Shown here in pieces: positions 49,048-58,236 of a stretch of DNA of 64,000 nucleotides. Position 1 is the first letter of the stretch, and every line of letters begins with the position of its first letter. Below the pieces are notes generated by a model. The model saw only the letters and a list, made by a program, of their open reading frames with translations, made no database searches and was not told the origin of the DNA. The DNA is from a virus. Lineage: Duplodnaviria; Caudoviricetes. Both the position numbers and the translations under genes were made by a program. Location: IMG/VR virus record IMGVR_UViG_3300021255_002485, positions 67,802-131,801 of that record; one strand, 5' to 3'.

Positions 49048-49579
49048 CTACATAAAACCCATTTCCTTTACTGTCCATTCCTGCTGCACCGAGCAAGAAA
49101 AGAATAAAACCTACTCCTTCCACTCCTTAACCTCCTTATACGTCTCCCTTGCGACTACTGAGGTTATAAGTACGGCGATTATTGCGTATCCCATTACCGT
49201 ACCTCCAGCATTTCCGTTATACCGTTATCCTGATAAATCCAATGATTTTTTACGCAATATGCGATTGCTTCGATCACGGTATCAAATGATGCGATGATTT
49301 CGCTTTTTGTACAGACCTTATACATCGTCCTCATCCTCCTCTTCTCCCTTGAGAAAATGCTCATCAAGCGTCATGAAATCGGACTGATAGCGTTCGAGAT
49401 CTCTCTTACCGTACTGCTTACGGTCTTTTCCGTTATGTTTCCATGATCTCGTCTTACGCATTTACCTTATCTCCCTTCTGCGTTTTCAAGTAGATACTCA
49501 AGATCTGCGCGAATACCTCTACGTGTTTCTACTTTTGTGATATAAATGTAAATTGCCTTGATAAAAAGTTTCATTTACC

Positions 49580-49861
49580 TTATCTCCCTTCTACATATCC
49601 GCTATACTTCACGGATAGGATCTGATCATCTGTTACCTCTGTGGTTCCGTTGTCACTCATGAGCATAGAGCAGATATCTCCCTCCGCCCAATCCTCGATG
49701 CCGTAAAACTGAAACAGGTTTCCGTTGCTACATTCTACGATCACACAATCCTCGGTTTCGTTTACGTCCGTCACTATTGCGGTTTCAGGATACAGACTTG
49801 CGGTTGCCTTGATTTCTCCCGAAGTTATCAGTGACAATAATACTGTTATTAAGATTCCCAT
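49580..49861 (-). CDS. small exported phage protein (YPETAIV...DNGT...DD motif)
   Basis: Signal-like N-terminus, AGGAGG RBS. Confidence 0.7.
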   Translation of the reverse strand: MGILITVLLSLITSGEIKATASLYPETAIVTDVNETEDCVIVECSNGNLFQFYGIEDWAEGDICSMLMSDNGTTEVTDDQILSVKYSGYVEGR

Positions 49862-50119
49862 TTTCTTTTACCTCCTCTTGGATGAATTCATACATTTCTT
49901 GTTTTGTTGAAAATTTTCCCTCGTGCAATAGGGTAAAATCACCGGAGTGCATTGTTGTACTCCGCGTATGCCACATTGAGTGAGTGACATACTATTGTGG
50001 TGATGCGGTCACCACGGATGATGATCTCATACTGCGACTTTGCAGCGTTGTGGTACAGACCGACAGTTTCATTGGTGCGCTCATTGAGTGCGGAATAAAT
50101 ACGTGACATGATTAGCCTC

Positions 50120-50308
50120 CTACATCAGATAGGTACATACTACAGGCGTACCGAATTGAATAACACTCCTTAGCCCACTTGAAGTGTTAACACGCTCTAT
50201 CCGTGAGTCGTACTTGCTGGATAGTGCGCAGATTGCACTCTCAAAACCTTGCTCATACAAAGTGATGATGTCGTGAGGAAATCCCCACTGAGATGTAGAA
50301 ATAAACAT
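50120..50308 (-). CDS. small hypothetical protein
   Basis: Start MFISTSQ after AGGAGGG; the upstream extension in the ORF track lies in the RNA region. Confidence 0.55.
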   Translation of the reverse strand: MFISTSQWGFPHDIITLYEQGFESAICALSSKYDSRIERVNTSSGLRSVIQFGTPVVCTYLM

Positions 50309-50445
50309 AATTACCCTCCTGTTGTGATAGGTTGACGGTGACACCCACAATAATCCGAAGCAAGCAAAAGAGAACCGTAATCCTCTCCCACTCCATGTGT
50401 TCAGAAAAGTTGCGGACACCATAGGGATGACTACACCTATGGATA

Positions 50446-50487
50446 AAGCCGTGTGCGGAGTTGAACCGCTGTAACCGTTCACGGCTA
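50446..50487 (-). ncRNA. tRNA-like minihelix (acceptor stem plus T-arm)
   Basis: AGCCGTG/CACGGCT stem with GCGG-TTCAACT-CCGC. Confidence 0.6.
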
Positions 50488-51140
50488 TAAATTGTAGGAT
50501 TTACGACAGTTGGGACTTGCCACTCTCGACCTCACCACCCCATACGGGTTACAGAACTCACATCACCGTGACTCCTACGCTCAAGGGCTTACACCTTGAA
50601 TGGCTACTCAATGACCTACTACTTGCCACGGACTTATCCGACTACCATACAGCACCGACAATAAGCAAAACGTTCGGTATTTGATACTCTCGTCTGACAG
50701 TATCTCGTGGGTTTGTAGACCATTCTGACAACCGCCTGTGTCCATCGGCTTGTTGTATTTTTACCAAGTAAGATATTTTCGTGTACTATTCCGCTCTTAG
50801 AGCAACCACTTTCTTCTCTCCTATCCTCGGAACACACATATTACAGGTGATTCACTAAGCCCTTGTAATACGTGTTGCTGACCTCTACACTTGGTCGGGC
50901 GGCGACCCGCTTGTCTCCCTGCGATGTTATTTACTCTGTTCCTGTCAATCATGTGATGTACTCCAATCAGCAATCATGTGTTTTGTGGTTTGAACCGCCA
51001 CGACCCGTGAGCCTTAAACAAATCCGGTATTTCACAGTCGGTGTATCTGCTACTTTATCCGGCGACATGACGTATGTGATTTTTGTACGGTACATGACAT
51101 CTTGGCATTTCAATAACACCTTCGAATATCACGCCTTTAT
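50488..51140 (-). ncRNA. large structured ncRNA, ROOL-like (boundaries approximate)
   Basis: About 650 nt with no credible ORF, raised GC and many stems; 3' half resembles ROOL RNAs as I recall them (not aligned). Confidence 0.6.
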
Positions 51141-51145
51141 TGATA

Positions 51146-51265
51146 CCGTTTTGGATTACGGCGAACCGTAGGAAATAAAGCCATGAGAGAACCTCATGAC
51201 GTACAGATTTTGGATTATCTGAAACCTTAAAAAAGACGATAGTTTTAAGGGATTACTATCAACCC
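51146..51265 (-). repeat. three tandem H-type pseudoknot units GGUU-[S2]-AAUCC-AAA-[S2']
   Basis: S2 covaries: GATAGT/ACTATC, CAGAT/ATCTG, CCGT/ACGG. Confidence 0.65.
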
Positions 51266-51267
51266 AA

Positions 51268-51312
51268 ATCCGAAGGGCGGAGTTGCACCGCCCTTGACCA
51301 TCTCGGTCGGAT
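51268..51312 (-). ncRNA. tRNA-like minihelix (second)
   Basis: ATCCGA/TCGGAT stem with GGGCGG-TGCAACT-CCGCCC. Confidence 0.55.
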
Positions 51313-51317
51313 AAGAA

Positions 51318-51734
51318 TTACTTGTTTTTCCACTCATTCCAGAGCTTTTCACGCTCTGATGCAGTTACGGTATTATTTTTTGCGAATGCAGCTGCATCTT
51401 TGGTAGTCTTGAAAGTTATGACCTTTACCGTCTTGTCATACTGTCCACCAACAGACTCAAAACGACGCTTTAGGATCTCCCACACATCCTTCTTGACGTA
51501 TGCCGACAGAGTAACCTTTTTTCCGGTTGCACTCATGTTAACGGTGATATCCTTCGGAGTATACTCCTTCTCCTTCTTCGGTGATGACTTCTGATTACCG
51601 TACATGGATACCATACCATCCAGTATGCCCTTCAGCTTTTCTGCATCTGAGTCAGTAACCATATAGGTTAATCCACAGAATGTTACTTTGTTATCAGCCG
51701 ATACAGTAGATTTCGCGTTTTTGAAGTTAATCAT
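51318..51734 (-). CDS. basic hypothetical protein, first gene of the leftward early unit
   Basis: AGGAGG RBS, 138 aa. Confidence 0.75.
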   Translation of the reverse strand: MINFKNAKSTVSADNKVTFCGLTYMVTDSDAEKLKGILDGMVSMYGNQKSSPKKEKEYTPKDITVNMSATGKKVTLSAYVKKDVWEILKRRFESVGGQYDKTVKVITFKTTKDAAAFAKNNTVTASEREKLWNEWKNK

Positions 51735-52133
51735 ATTATACCTCCTATGCTTTATGGTTTAGCATTAACCAAAGATAAATTTTGTGTCGCTCGGTCTTGC
51801 TGAGCTTGAGAACACATTACCACCGACCTCGGACGGTGCTGAAAATGCCCATTTTCAACACCTTTGAGGAGAGCCATGATCGGCTTTTGTGCCGGTGGAG
51901 GGGCGTGGTTTTAGCGGATTTGTAGTTAATTTTTTGAAAATCGCCAGAAGCTGTTTCATCTCCACACCAACCCCTATTTTCCGCACCTTTTCTTAAAATC
52001 CGCTCCATCGCCCCAAATATCGCTCCAAACCCCCTAATTTCGCGCTTCTCCGCAGCTCTATCCTATATAAATTTAAAAAGAAAAAATCCGCTCTCCCTCT
52101 CTCCAGATCCCTATCCAGAGCGAGTTGGTGCGA

Positions 52134-52162
52134 TTGACACATTTGAAAGTGAATGATAGGAT
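52134..52162 (+). promoter_or_regulatory. sigma-A promoter
   Basis: TTGACA-17-TAGGAT with extended -10 TG. Confidence 0.6.
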
Positions 52163-52174
52163 AATTTCAGATAC

Positions 52175-52386
52175 GTTACTTCTGATTGTTCAACATTTTG
52201 ACACCTCGCAAACCCGCACTATTAGCGAATGTTGAACATTGAGAAGTGACATTAATATATATAATATATAAATATATTATATTATTATATATAGTTATAT
52301 AAGTATATTATTTACTCATATATTATTTAATATATATATTATTACTTTAGTAATAAATACTATGTTGGTTTTAAATGTTCAACATT
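52175..52386. repeat. three A(A/T)TGTT-S-AACATT palindromes flanking a ~110-bp AT-rich tract (candidate origin)
   Basis: 23-bp inverted pair at 52175-52197 and 52228-52250, third core at 52374-52386. Confidence 0.65.
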
Positions 52387-52403
52387 TTAGCAGGAGATTA
52401 TAC

Positions 52404-53339
52404 ATGGTACAAACTGGACAAACCTTTAAGAATTATAAAGAACTCTGCCAATATTTAGGAGAAAACGTTTATGGCGGCAATTCAAAAAAGGCTCAAATGA
52501 AACAGTGGCGATTACAATTCGATTATCACACTGAAGGATATAAGATTATAATTGATCAAATCCATCCCGCTCCTCAAAATAATTCCCGGGGTAGCAACAA
52601 CCATGCAAATATGGATATATATCTCCCCTATATACATCAATGTATATATAAAGAATTTGTAGAAAATCAGAGTATGACTAAACTTATGTGTGACACATTG
52701 CACATTTTGAATATAGAAACGCTTAAAAATTTATATGATAATGATGATGTATTTGAAATGGATGCGGATGAGCTGCGTAAATTCCGTAAATGGATAAAAA
52801 GGGTCGGTGAATTTGTTTCTGATAATATAAAAACGAGTTTGAATAAACTGCAAAAGGATAATCTGATTACATATAATACGGCTTATGCCTTTTTATCTCA
52901 GCCCGACAGGATCAAATATATTGGTTATGCCGAAGGATTTGATGATCAAATACAGGCAATAGAGGAAAAAGTATGTAATCTTATTAATAAAAAGTACCAT
53001 ATTTCCTCTAAAATTAGCGGAAAACAGCTTCAATTTATTATTTTTAAGAACAAAAAGCTACGAAAATTGTATCAAAAGGCCGTTATTAAGCTGATTTTAG
53101 AAAATTTAGATATTATGAGCGCATTACAACGAAGTATAGATGAAATATACTACCGAATTGACTTTGGATCGGATTTCTACCCTATTAAGAAGTATTGGAA
53201 GGTCTGGTCAATAACCGAGGTCGAGATGCCCGAACCAATTGATATTGAACAGGCACGAGCCGCCTATATTGAACTGATTATCCGTAAAACCGCCAGGAAT
53301 ACGGAAATTCCGCAGAAATGGATTGATTTAGCCTTTTAG
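52404..53339 (+). CDS. hypothetical DNA-binding protein (FKNYKELC..LGE...GNSKKAQ family)
   Basis: AGGAG RBS; HTH-like N-terminus; next to the candidate origin. Confidence 0.7.
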   Translation: MVQTGQTFKNYKELCQYLGENVYGGNSKKAQMKQWRLQFDYHTEGYKIIIDQIHPAPQNNSRGSNNHANMDIYLPYIHQCIYKEFVENQSMTKLMCDTLHILNIETLKNLYDNDDVFEMDADELRKFRKWIKRVGEFVSDNIKTSLNKLQKDNLITYNTAYAFLSQPDRIKYIGYAEGFDDQIQAIEEKVCNLINKKYHISSKISGKQLQFIIFKNKKLRKLYQKAVIKLILENLDIMSALQRSIDEIYYRIDFGSDFYPIKKYWKVWSITEVEMPEPIDIEQARAAYIELIIRKTARNTEIPQKWIDLAF

Positions 53340-53340
53340 A

Positions 53341-53369
53341 TTGACACAATTAAAACTCAAGGTTATAAT
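53341..53369 (+). promoter_or_regulatory. sigma-A promoter with AATTAAAA spacer motif
   Basis: TTGACA-CAATTAAAACTCAAGGT(17)-TATAAT. Confidence 0.88.
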
Positions 53370-53397
53370 CGAAACAGAATTATTATGAAAGGAGCAT

Positions 53398-54255
53398 ATG
53401 TCAATGAATGAGATTATTAATGTAACTGTTGATGAAAAAGCAAAAGATAAGACACCTATTGAAATTGCTTTAAAGGTAGATGATGAGAACATGGTATCTG
53501 CTAAAGACCTTTATGATTTCTTAGAGTATGATTCGACGCACTATGCAAGATGGTGTAATGATAATTTGATTAATAATCCGGTGCTTGAAGAAAACGTTGA
53601 TTTTTGGGCTTTTCGCCATAATGGCGAAAACTCACAAGGTGGTCGTCCAAGTGTAGATTATAAAATTTCATTGGATGTTGCTAAAGATATTGCTCTTGCG
53701 GCAAGAAGTGAAAAAGGTAAAGCTGCTCGTAGATATTTTCTCAAATGCGAGAAAGCATTGGTTATTACTGTACAACAATATAACGATCTGCTTGATAATT
53801 ATAATAATCTGAAAACAAAAATTGGCGAACTTGAAACTAAGTTTAATGACGATCTCCTTCTCCTCTCCGCTCGTATGGACGGTTATAACGAGGGTAAGGT
53901 ATTACTCGACAAAGAAAAAGCAGAATTCATCAAGGACGCAACTGATACTCTTAAGGAAATGATGCCGGATTTCGGATATGAGGGCGAAAAATACGGTAAA
54001 ATGCTTAGTGATGTTATAGCAAAAATGGAAGAAATAGATCGTGTGCCGTTTAGTTACTACACAGATGCATATCTTAAGCAGAAGAATTTAGGCAAAGTAA
54101 ATAACCGACTTGAGGTTATTGCAGAATATGATGAACTTCAGGATTTATTCTACTCTGCAATCAAATGTATATATAATAATAAACTCGTTCCGTTTGATTT
54201 AAGTGATTTTGGTAATGTTATAACAAGGGAGGAATTACTCAATGGTTACATCTAA
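53398..54255 (+). CDS. AntA/AntB-family antirepressor-like protein
   Basis: VSAKDLYDFL, ENVDF, GGRPSVDY, AK..A....KGK.AR.YF. Confidence 0.85.
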   Translation: MSMNEIINVTVDEKAKDKTPIEIALKVDDENMVSAKDLYDFLEYDSTHYARWCNDNLINNPVLEENVDFWAFRHNGENSQGGRPSVDYKISLDVAKDIALAARSEKGKAARRYFLKCEKALVITVQQYNDLLDNYNNLKTKIGELETKFNDDLLLLSARMDGYNEGKVLLDKEKAEFIKDATDTLKEMMPDFGYEGEKYGKMLSDVIAKMEEIDRVPFSYYTDAYLKQKNLGKVNNRLEVIAEYDELQDLFYSAIKCIYNNKLVPFDLSDFGNVITREELLNGYI

Positions 54256-54631
54256 TCTTATAATTAATAACTACCCTATGTATGGATTAAACCGCTATCG
54301 TAGTTTCTTACAAGCTCCCAAATGCGAATGCGGGTGTGGACAATCGGCATATCTTGTCTTAGAAACAGATGAGGATGTGGGAGAATTTTGCTCTGCAATG
54401 CTTTTTAAACATGAATGCCCTGACTCAGCTATATTTGCCGTATATAATGATGGTCGCTATCAGGCATTTATAAAGGATTGGAATGAAGAAAAAGAAAAAT
54501 TTAGAGTAACGTGTGTTCAAAGCAAAGATCGTGATCCGCATATTTTTGCTAAATTAGACGGTGAATTCCGCTTTTGCTGCTACAATTTGATAATTGAAGA
54601 GAAACCCGGACAATGGATGATTCAATCATAA
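54242..54631 (+). CDS. hypothetical protein (CECGCG)
   Basis: 129-aa ORF coupled to the antA-like gene. Confidence 0.65.
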   Translation: MVTSNLIINNYPMYGLNRYRSFLQAPKCECGCGQSAYLVLETDEDVGEFCSAMLFKHECPDSAIFAVYNDGRYQAFIKDWNEEKEKFRVTCVQSKDRDPHIFAKLDGEFRFCCYNLIIEEKPGQWMIQS

Positions 54632-54641
54632 GGAGATAATC

Positions 54642-57137
54642 TTGGCTGGTATAAACGTACCTCAATATGACATATTTAAAATTGAGACGAAGAAATTAAA
54701 GTATTCAAATTGGGATCTGCATATAACTAAACGTAATGCTTTTTTGAGAAACGAGGTTGTTTCTCTGTTTGAGTCGCAAACTTTTAGGCTAATTGCAGAT
54801 ATTTTGCAAGAAGATATAAGCAAAATCGAATTTGACAAGTATCTTCTCATTGTAGTCGTCTCTCAAGGGTCTTCTCGTGCGTTTAGAGAGGTTTTAAGAC
54901 CAGAGGGTATAAAAGTTAACGGAGTAACATTTAAACGCTTTGTTGGAACTGCTAGCGGCCTTAAAAACAATACTGTGATATTTGCTAATGTGGATATTCT
55001 GGATGAACTTAACCGTAGATGTAATTGCGGTCGTAAAATGGATATTAAGATTATTCCGGCAAAGTTAGAAGCATATAAATCACTTACTTGCTCTGCTTCT
55101 CAACCTATCGGTGATCCACACGGCATTATTGTTGTTTCGGATTGTCATACGCATATTAAAGAAGATGTAATTATGATTGATGATAGTGGAGACGACCTTG
55201 AACCAAAAATGGAATTATTAAAAGATGAGGAGTTGGAAAATAATGCAAGTGATGGTTTTTGCCTCTGTAGTATTGATTATATGCGTCGTATTTCTGACGA
55301 TTTAGGTCTGGATTATGTGACAGGCGGTGTATGTCTTCGTAATGCATGGCTTAAAGGGATGATGTATGCCTTTCCTATCAAGGAATTTGCGGAGCAATAC
55401 AATGACGGAAATTATGTTGTTAAGGATATTTGGGGACAGGATAAGGATCTCAGAGATGCGGAACTTATTCTCACCGAATCCGTTTTTAAATTATGGAATG
55501 CTTATGACAGTGTTGAGGATTATATCCAAGCATATCACAAGAGTGGGTATAGTTTTGCGGTGACAAAGATATCTCCTGCTGAACTTGAAGATCAACACAT
55601 GGTTAATTACCAATATCTGCAATCTTATGATTTCACAGATGAAGATATCGAGGAACTTTGTGCTCCTACAGTAAAGTTTCTTAAGGATTCCATGTGTGGT
55701 GACTATGCTCAAACCGTAAAGTTTTTAGGCTTAAATGGCAATATAGAGAATTATACGTGGCAACATGCTCTCCGTGTGTCCCCGAAAATGATGAACGATC
55801 CTTTTATTATTGATTCTGTTCACCGGATGATTCGTAAAAAGATAGATGGAGCAAAGATAGGTAAATTATACGTTGAAGGAAATTATCAAGTTATTTCCGG
55901 TGATCCTTTTGCACTGATGCAACATATCTGTGGTCTTGAAGTGACAGGGTTACTTGGAGCCAATGAAATATATTCGAAGTATTGGTCAGATAAAAAAATT
56001 GACGAGGTTTTATTATTTCGTAGCCCCATGACTGTTCATAATAATATTCGCCGTTCTACAGTTATCAATAATGATCGGGTTAATTATTGGTATCAATACA
56101 TGAAGACTATATTAATCATTAATAGTTTTGATACCACATGTCAAAGTCTCAATGGGGCAGATAACGATGGGGATTTAGTACTCTCAACTAACAATAGAGT
56201 GCTTTTAAGATGTCATAGAAAGTTGCCGGCAATAATTTGTATCCAAAGAAATGTAGATAAAATTGTGCCTACTGAGGAAGATATTATTAAAACAAATCGT
56301 GATGGTATGGGAAACAAGGTTGGCACTATAACAAATAGAGTAACAACCATGATGGAAGTTCAAAGTCATTTTGAACCAGGGTCAAAGGAATATAAAGAAC
56401 TTGAATATCGAATAGCTTGTGGACAACTCCATCAACAGAATGAGGTGGATCGCTTAAAAGGGATTATTGCAAAACCGATGCCAAAATATTGGTACGATTA
56501 TAAGGCTTGTAATAACGATTCATTTTTACAATCTGTTTGTGCTGAAAAGAAACCGTATTTCATGACATATGTTTATGATGATTATGGTAAGGAGAACAGA
56601 AAATATAAAGTTCAATCTCAGAAAGATGCGTGGCATGAATTAAATAATGACATAGATAGATTAGGGAAAGATCAGAAACTTTTAGAGTACTATGCTGCAA
56701 AATCTCCTTTTGGTATTGGTAAATGTGCCATGAATCGCATTTGCTGGTATATAGAAAATCAATTTAAGGGGTATGTGACTGAAGTTAAGACTAAAGGCAA
56801 GTTTAAGTACTCATTCTTGAAATCTGAAGCTAATGTATCTGATGAGCATATATCTCAGCTGAAGAGATTATGCTTCGAATATGTTGATGCGCTTAAGATG
56901 ATGAAGTCCGAAGCGGATAATTCAAATGCTGCTTTGGATTCAAGTATAAAAAGAAAAAATCAATTGAAGAGATTTTTTGCTCACGAAGCCTTAGAGATAT
57001 GCCCTGATGCTGACGAGCGTACAGACATTATTTTAGACCTTTGTTATAAACATGGCTATAACCGTCAGTTTATGTGGGATTGTGTTGGCAAGGTAATTGT
57101 TCAAAGATTGGAGAAAATGACCTATGGTGAGATTTAA
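54642..57137 (+). CDS. single-subunit DNA-dependent RNA polymerase, SPbeta YonO-like
   Basis: DG, KGM, FRSP and GADNDGD (DxDGD) double-psi-barrel catalytic motifs; 831 aa; precedes the late genes. Confidence 0.92.
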   Translation: MAGINVPQYDIFKIETKKLKYSNWDLHITKRNAFLRNEVVSLFESQTFRLIADILQEDISKIEFDKYLLIVVVSQGSSRAFREVLRPEGIKVNGVTFKRFVGTASGLKNNTVIFANVDILDELNRRCNCGRKMDIKIIPAKLEAYKSLTCSASQPIGDPHGIIVVSDCHTHIKEDVIMIDDSGDDLEPKMELLKDEELENNASDGFCLCSIDYMRRISDDLGLDYVTGGVCLRNAWLKGMMYAFPIKEFAEQYNDGNYVVKDIWGQDKDLRDAELILTESVFKLWNAYDSVEDYIQAYHKSGYSFAVTKISPAELEDQHMVNYQYLQSYDFTDEDIEELCAPTVKFLKDSMCGDYAQTVKFLGLNGNIENYTWQHALRVSPKMMNDPFIIDSVHRMIRKKIDGAKIGKLYVEGNYQVISGDPFALMQHICGLEVTGLLGANEIYSKYWSDKKIDEVLLFRSPMTVHNNIRRSTVINNDRVNYWYQYMKTILIINSFDTTCQSLNGADNDGDLVLSTNNRVLLRCHRKLPAIICIQRNVDKIVPTEEDIIKTNRDGMGNKVGTITNRVTTMMEVQSHFEPGSKEYKELEYRIACGQLHQQNEVDRLKGIIAKPMPKYWYDYKACNNDSFLQSVCAEKKPYFMTYVYDDYGKENRKYKVQSQKDAWHELNNDIDRLGKDQKLLEYYAAKSPFGIGKCAMNRICWYIENQFKGYVTEVKTKGKFKYSFLKSEANVSDEHISQLKRLCFEYVDALKMMKSEADNSNAALDSSIKRKNQLKRFFAHEALEICPDADERTDIILDLCYKHGYNRQFMWDCVGKVIVQRLEKMTYGEI

Positions 57138-57936
57138 CGAACGTAAGTGGATTGAAGATATCATAAATAACAAGAATAAAGACGAAATAAGAAATATAAA
57201 ATCTTTGATCAAGTATCTGATTAGATATTATATGACTGAGTTTCAAAATGAAAAGCCGAAGAAATTTCAACGTTTTATTCTTGATAAAATGGCAGAATTT
57301 AATTTTTCGGTGGTTTTATATGAGGAATGGGAATTTGCTGATTTCACATATCGTATGTGTAAAAAAGGATTAAAGGGTGAGCTGTTACCTTTAAGAGAAT
57401 TAGAGCAGATTAATATTACGGTAGCAGAGCTCGCAATTATAAACAAAGCCGAAGATAATAACCAGAAGAAGCTTCTGTTTACTTTTTATGTGCTGGCTAA
57501 ACTATATCCGTATAGTTCGGGCTGGGTAAATTTTAGAGATTCGGAAATATTCAAGTTGGCAAATCTCCATATGCCGGTACGCGAAAAGCATCGTTTAATA
57601 TATTATTTAAGTCAACAAGGACTTTTACAGCTAAATCATATTATTGGTCAATCTGGATATAAAGTAGAACTTCATGAAGATTCTCCTACTGCTATAGCGG
57701 TTACATTGGAGAAATCCTTTGGTAATCAATATATAGCGTATACAAAAAAAGATAAAGGATGGCAGTTTTGTCATTACTGTGGAAAGCTTTTTAAGGTTAA
57801 AGGTGAACACGATCACTCTTCCCTGTATTGTTGTAAGGAACATGCCGAAGAGATAGATCGAGCAAAAGCTAGGTATAGGATGAAGAAAAATAGAGCGGAA
57901 AAGCGTTCGAAAGCCAATTTTTCGGAAACCGCATAA
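57124..57936 (+). CDS. hypothetical protein with wHTH-like region and C-terminal CxxC/CC zinc finger
   Basis: Coupled to the RNAP gene. Confidence 0.7.
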   Translation: MVRFNERKWIEDIINNKNKDEIRNIKSLIKYLIRYYMTEFQNEKPKKFQRFILDKMAEFNFSVVLYEEWEFADFTYRMCKKGLKGELLPLRELEQINITVAELAIINKAEDNNQKKLLFTFYVLAKLYPYSSGWVNFRDSEIFKLANLHMPVREKHRLIYYLSQQGLLQLNHIIGQSGYKVELHEDSPTAIAVTLEKSFGNQYIAYTKKDKGWQFCHYCGKLFKVKGEHDHSSLYCCKEHAEEIDRAKARYRMKKNRAEKRSKANFSETA

Positions 57937-58041
57937 ATACTAGCTTTAGAGACTGTTTTTTGAAAATGACTAACGTTCGTATATATGGATGTAGAACACA
58001 ATAATTAAAACACCACAACATATTGTGAAAGGATTAAAAGG

Positions 58042-58227
58042 ATGGAGATAGTTCGAATACATAATATAGATCAAGGATCTCGTCAGTCTTTTGAAAATAA
58101 ATCTTGGTCTGCACCAAAAAGATGCCCGTTTTGTGGACACATTTTAAAACAGATTGAAAATACAAATATCAAAGTATGTACAAACAAGAGTTGTGAAAGA
58201 AGTAAAGAGTTTTTCAAAATAGTATGA
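58042..58227 (+). CDS. small zinc-ribbon protein (PKRCPFCG...CTNKSC)
   Basis: Resembles the Zn finger of NAD-dependent ligases. Confidence 0.5.
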   Translation: MEIVRIHNIDQGSRQSFENKSWSAPKRCPFCGHILKQIENTNIKVCTNKSCERSKEFFKIV

Positions 58228-58236
58228 GGTATCATT

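Noticed and set aside
50634-51171. ORFs 50634-50837 (-) and 50872-51171 (+)
   Set aside because: No convincing RBS and atypical composition; they lie within the stem-rich RNA region
51146-51265. preQ1-I riboswitch as a definite call
   Set aside because: Only superficial similarity (GGUU...AUCC...AAAAC); P1 is too short, S2 too long, and there is no downstream que gene or expression platform
718-51594. Numerous plus-strand ORFs in 1-51.6 kb and minus-strand ORFs in 52.5-64 kb from the ORF track
   Set aside because: Antisense shadows of real genes, with Ser/Ile/Phe-rich composition and no RBS; only 60184-60360 has independent support
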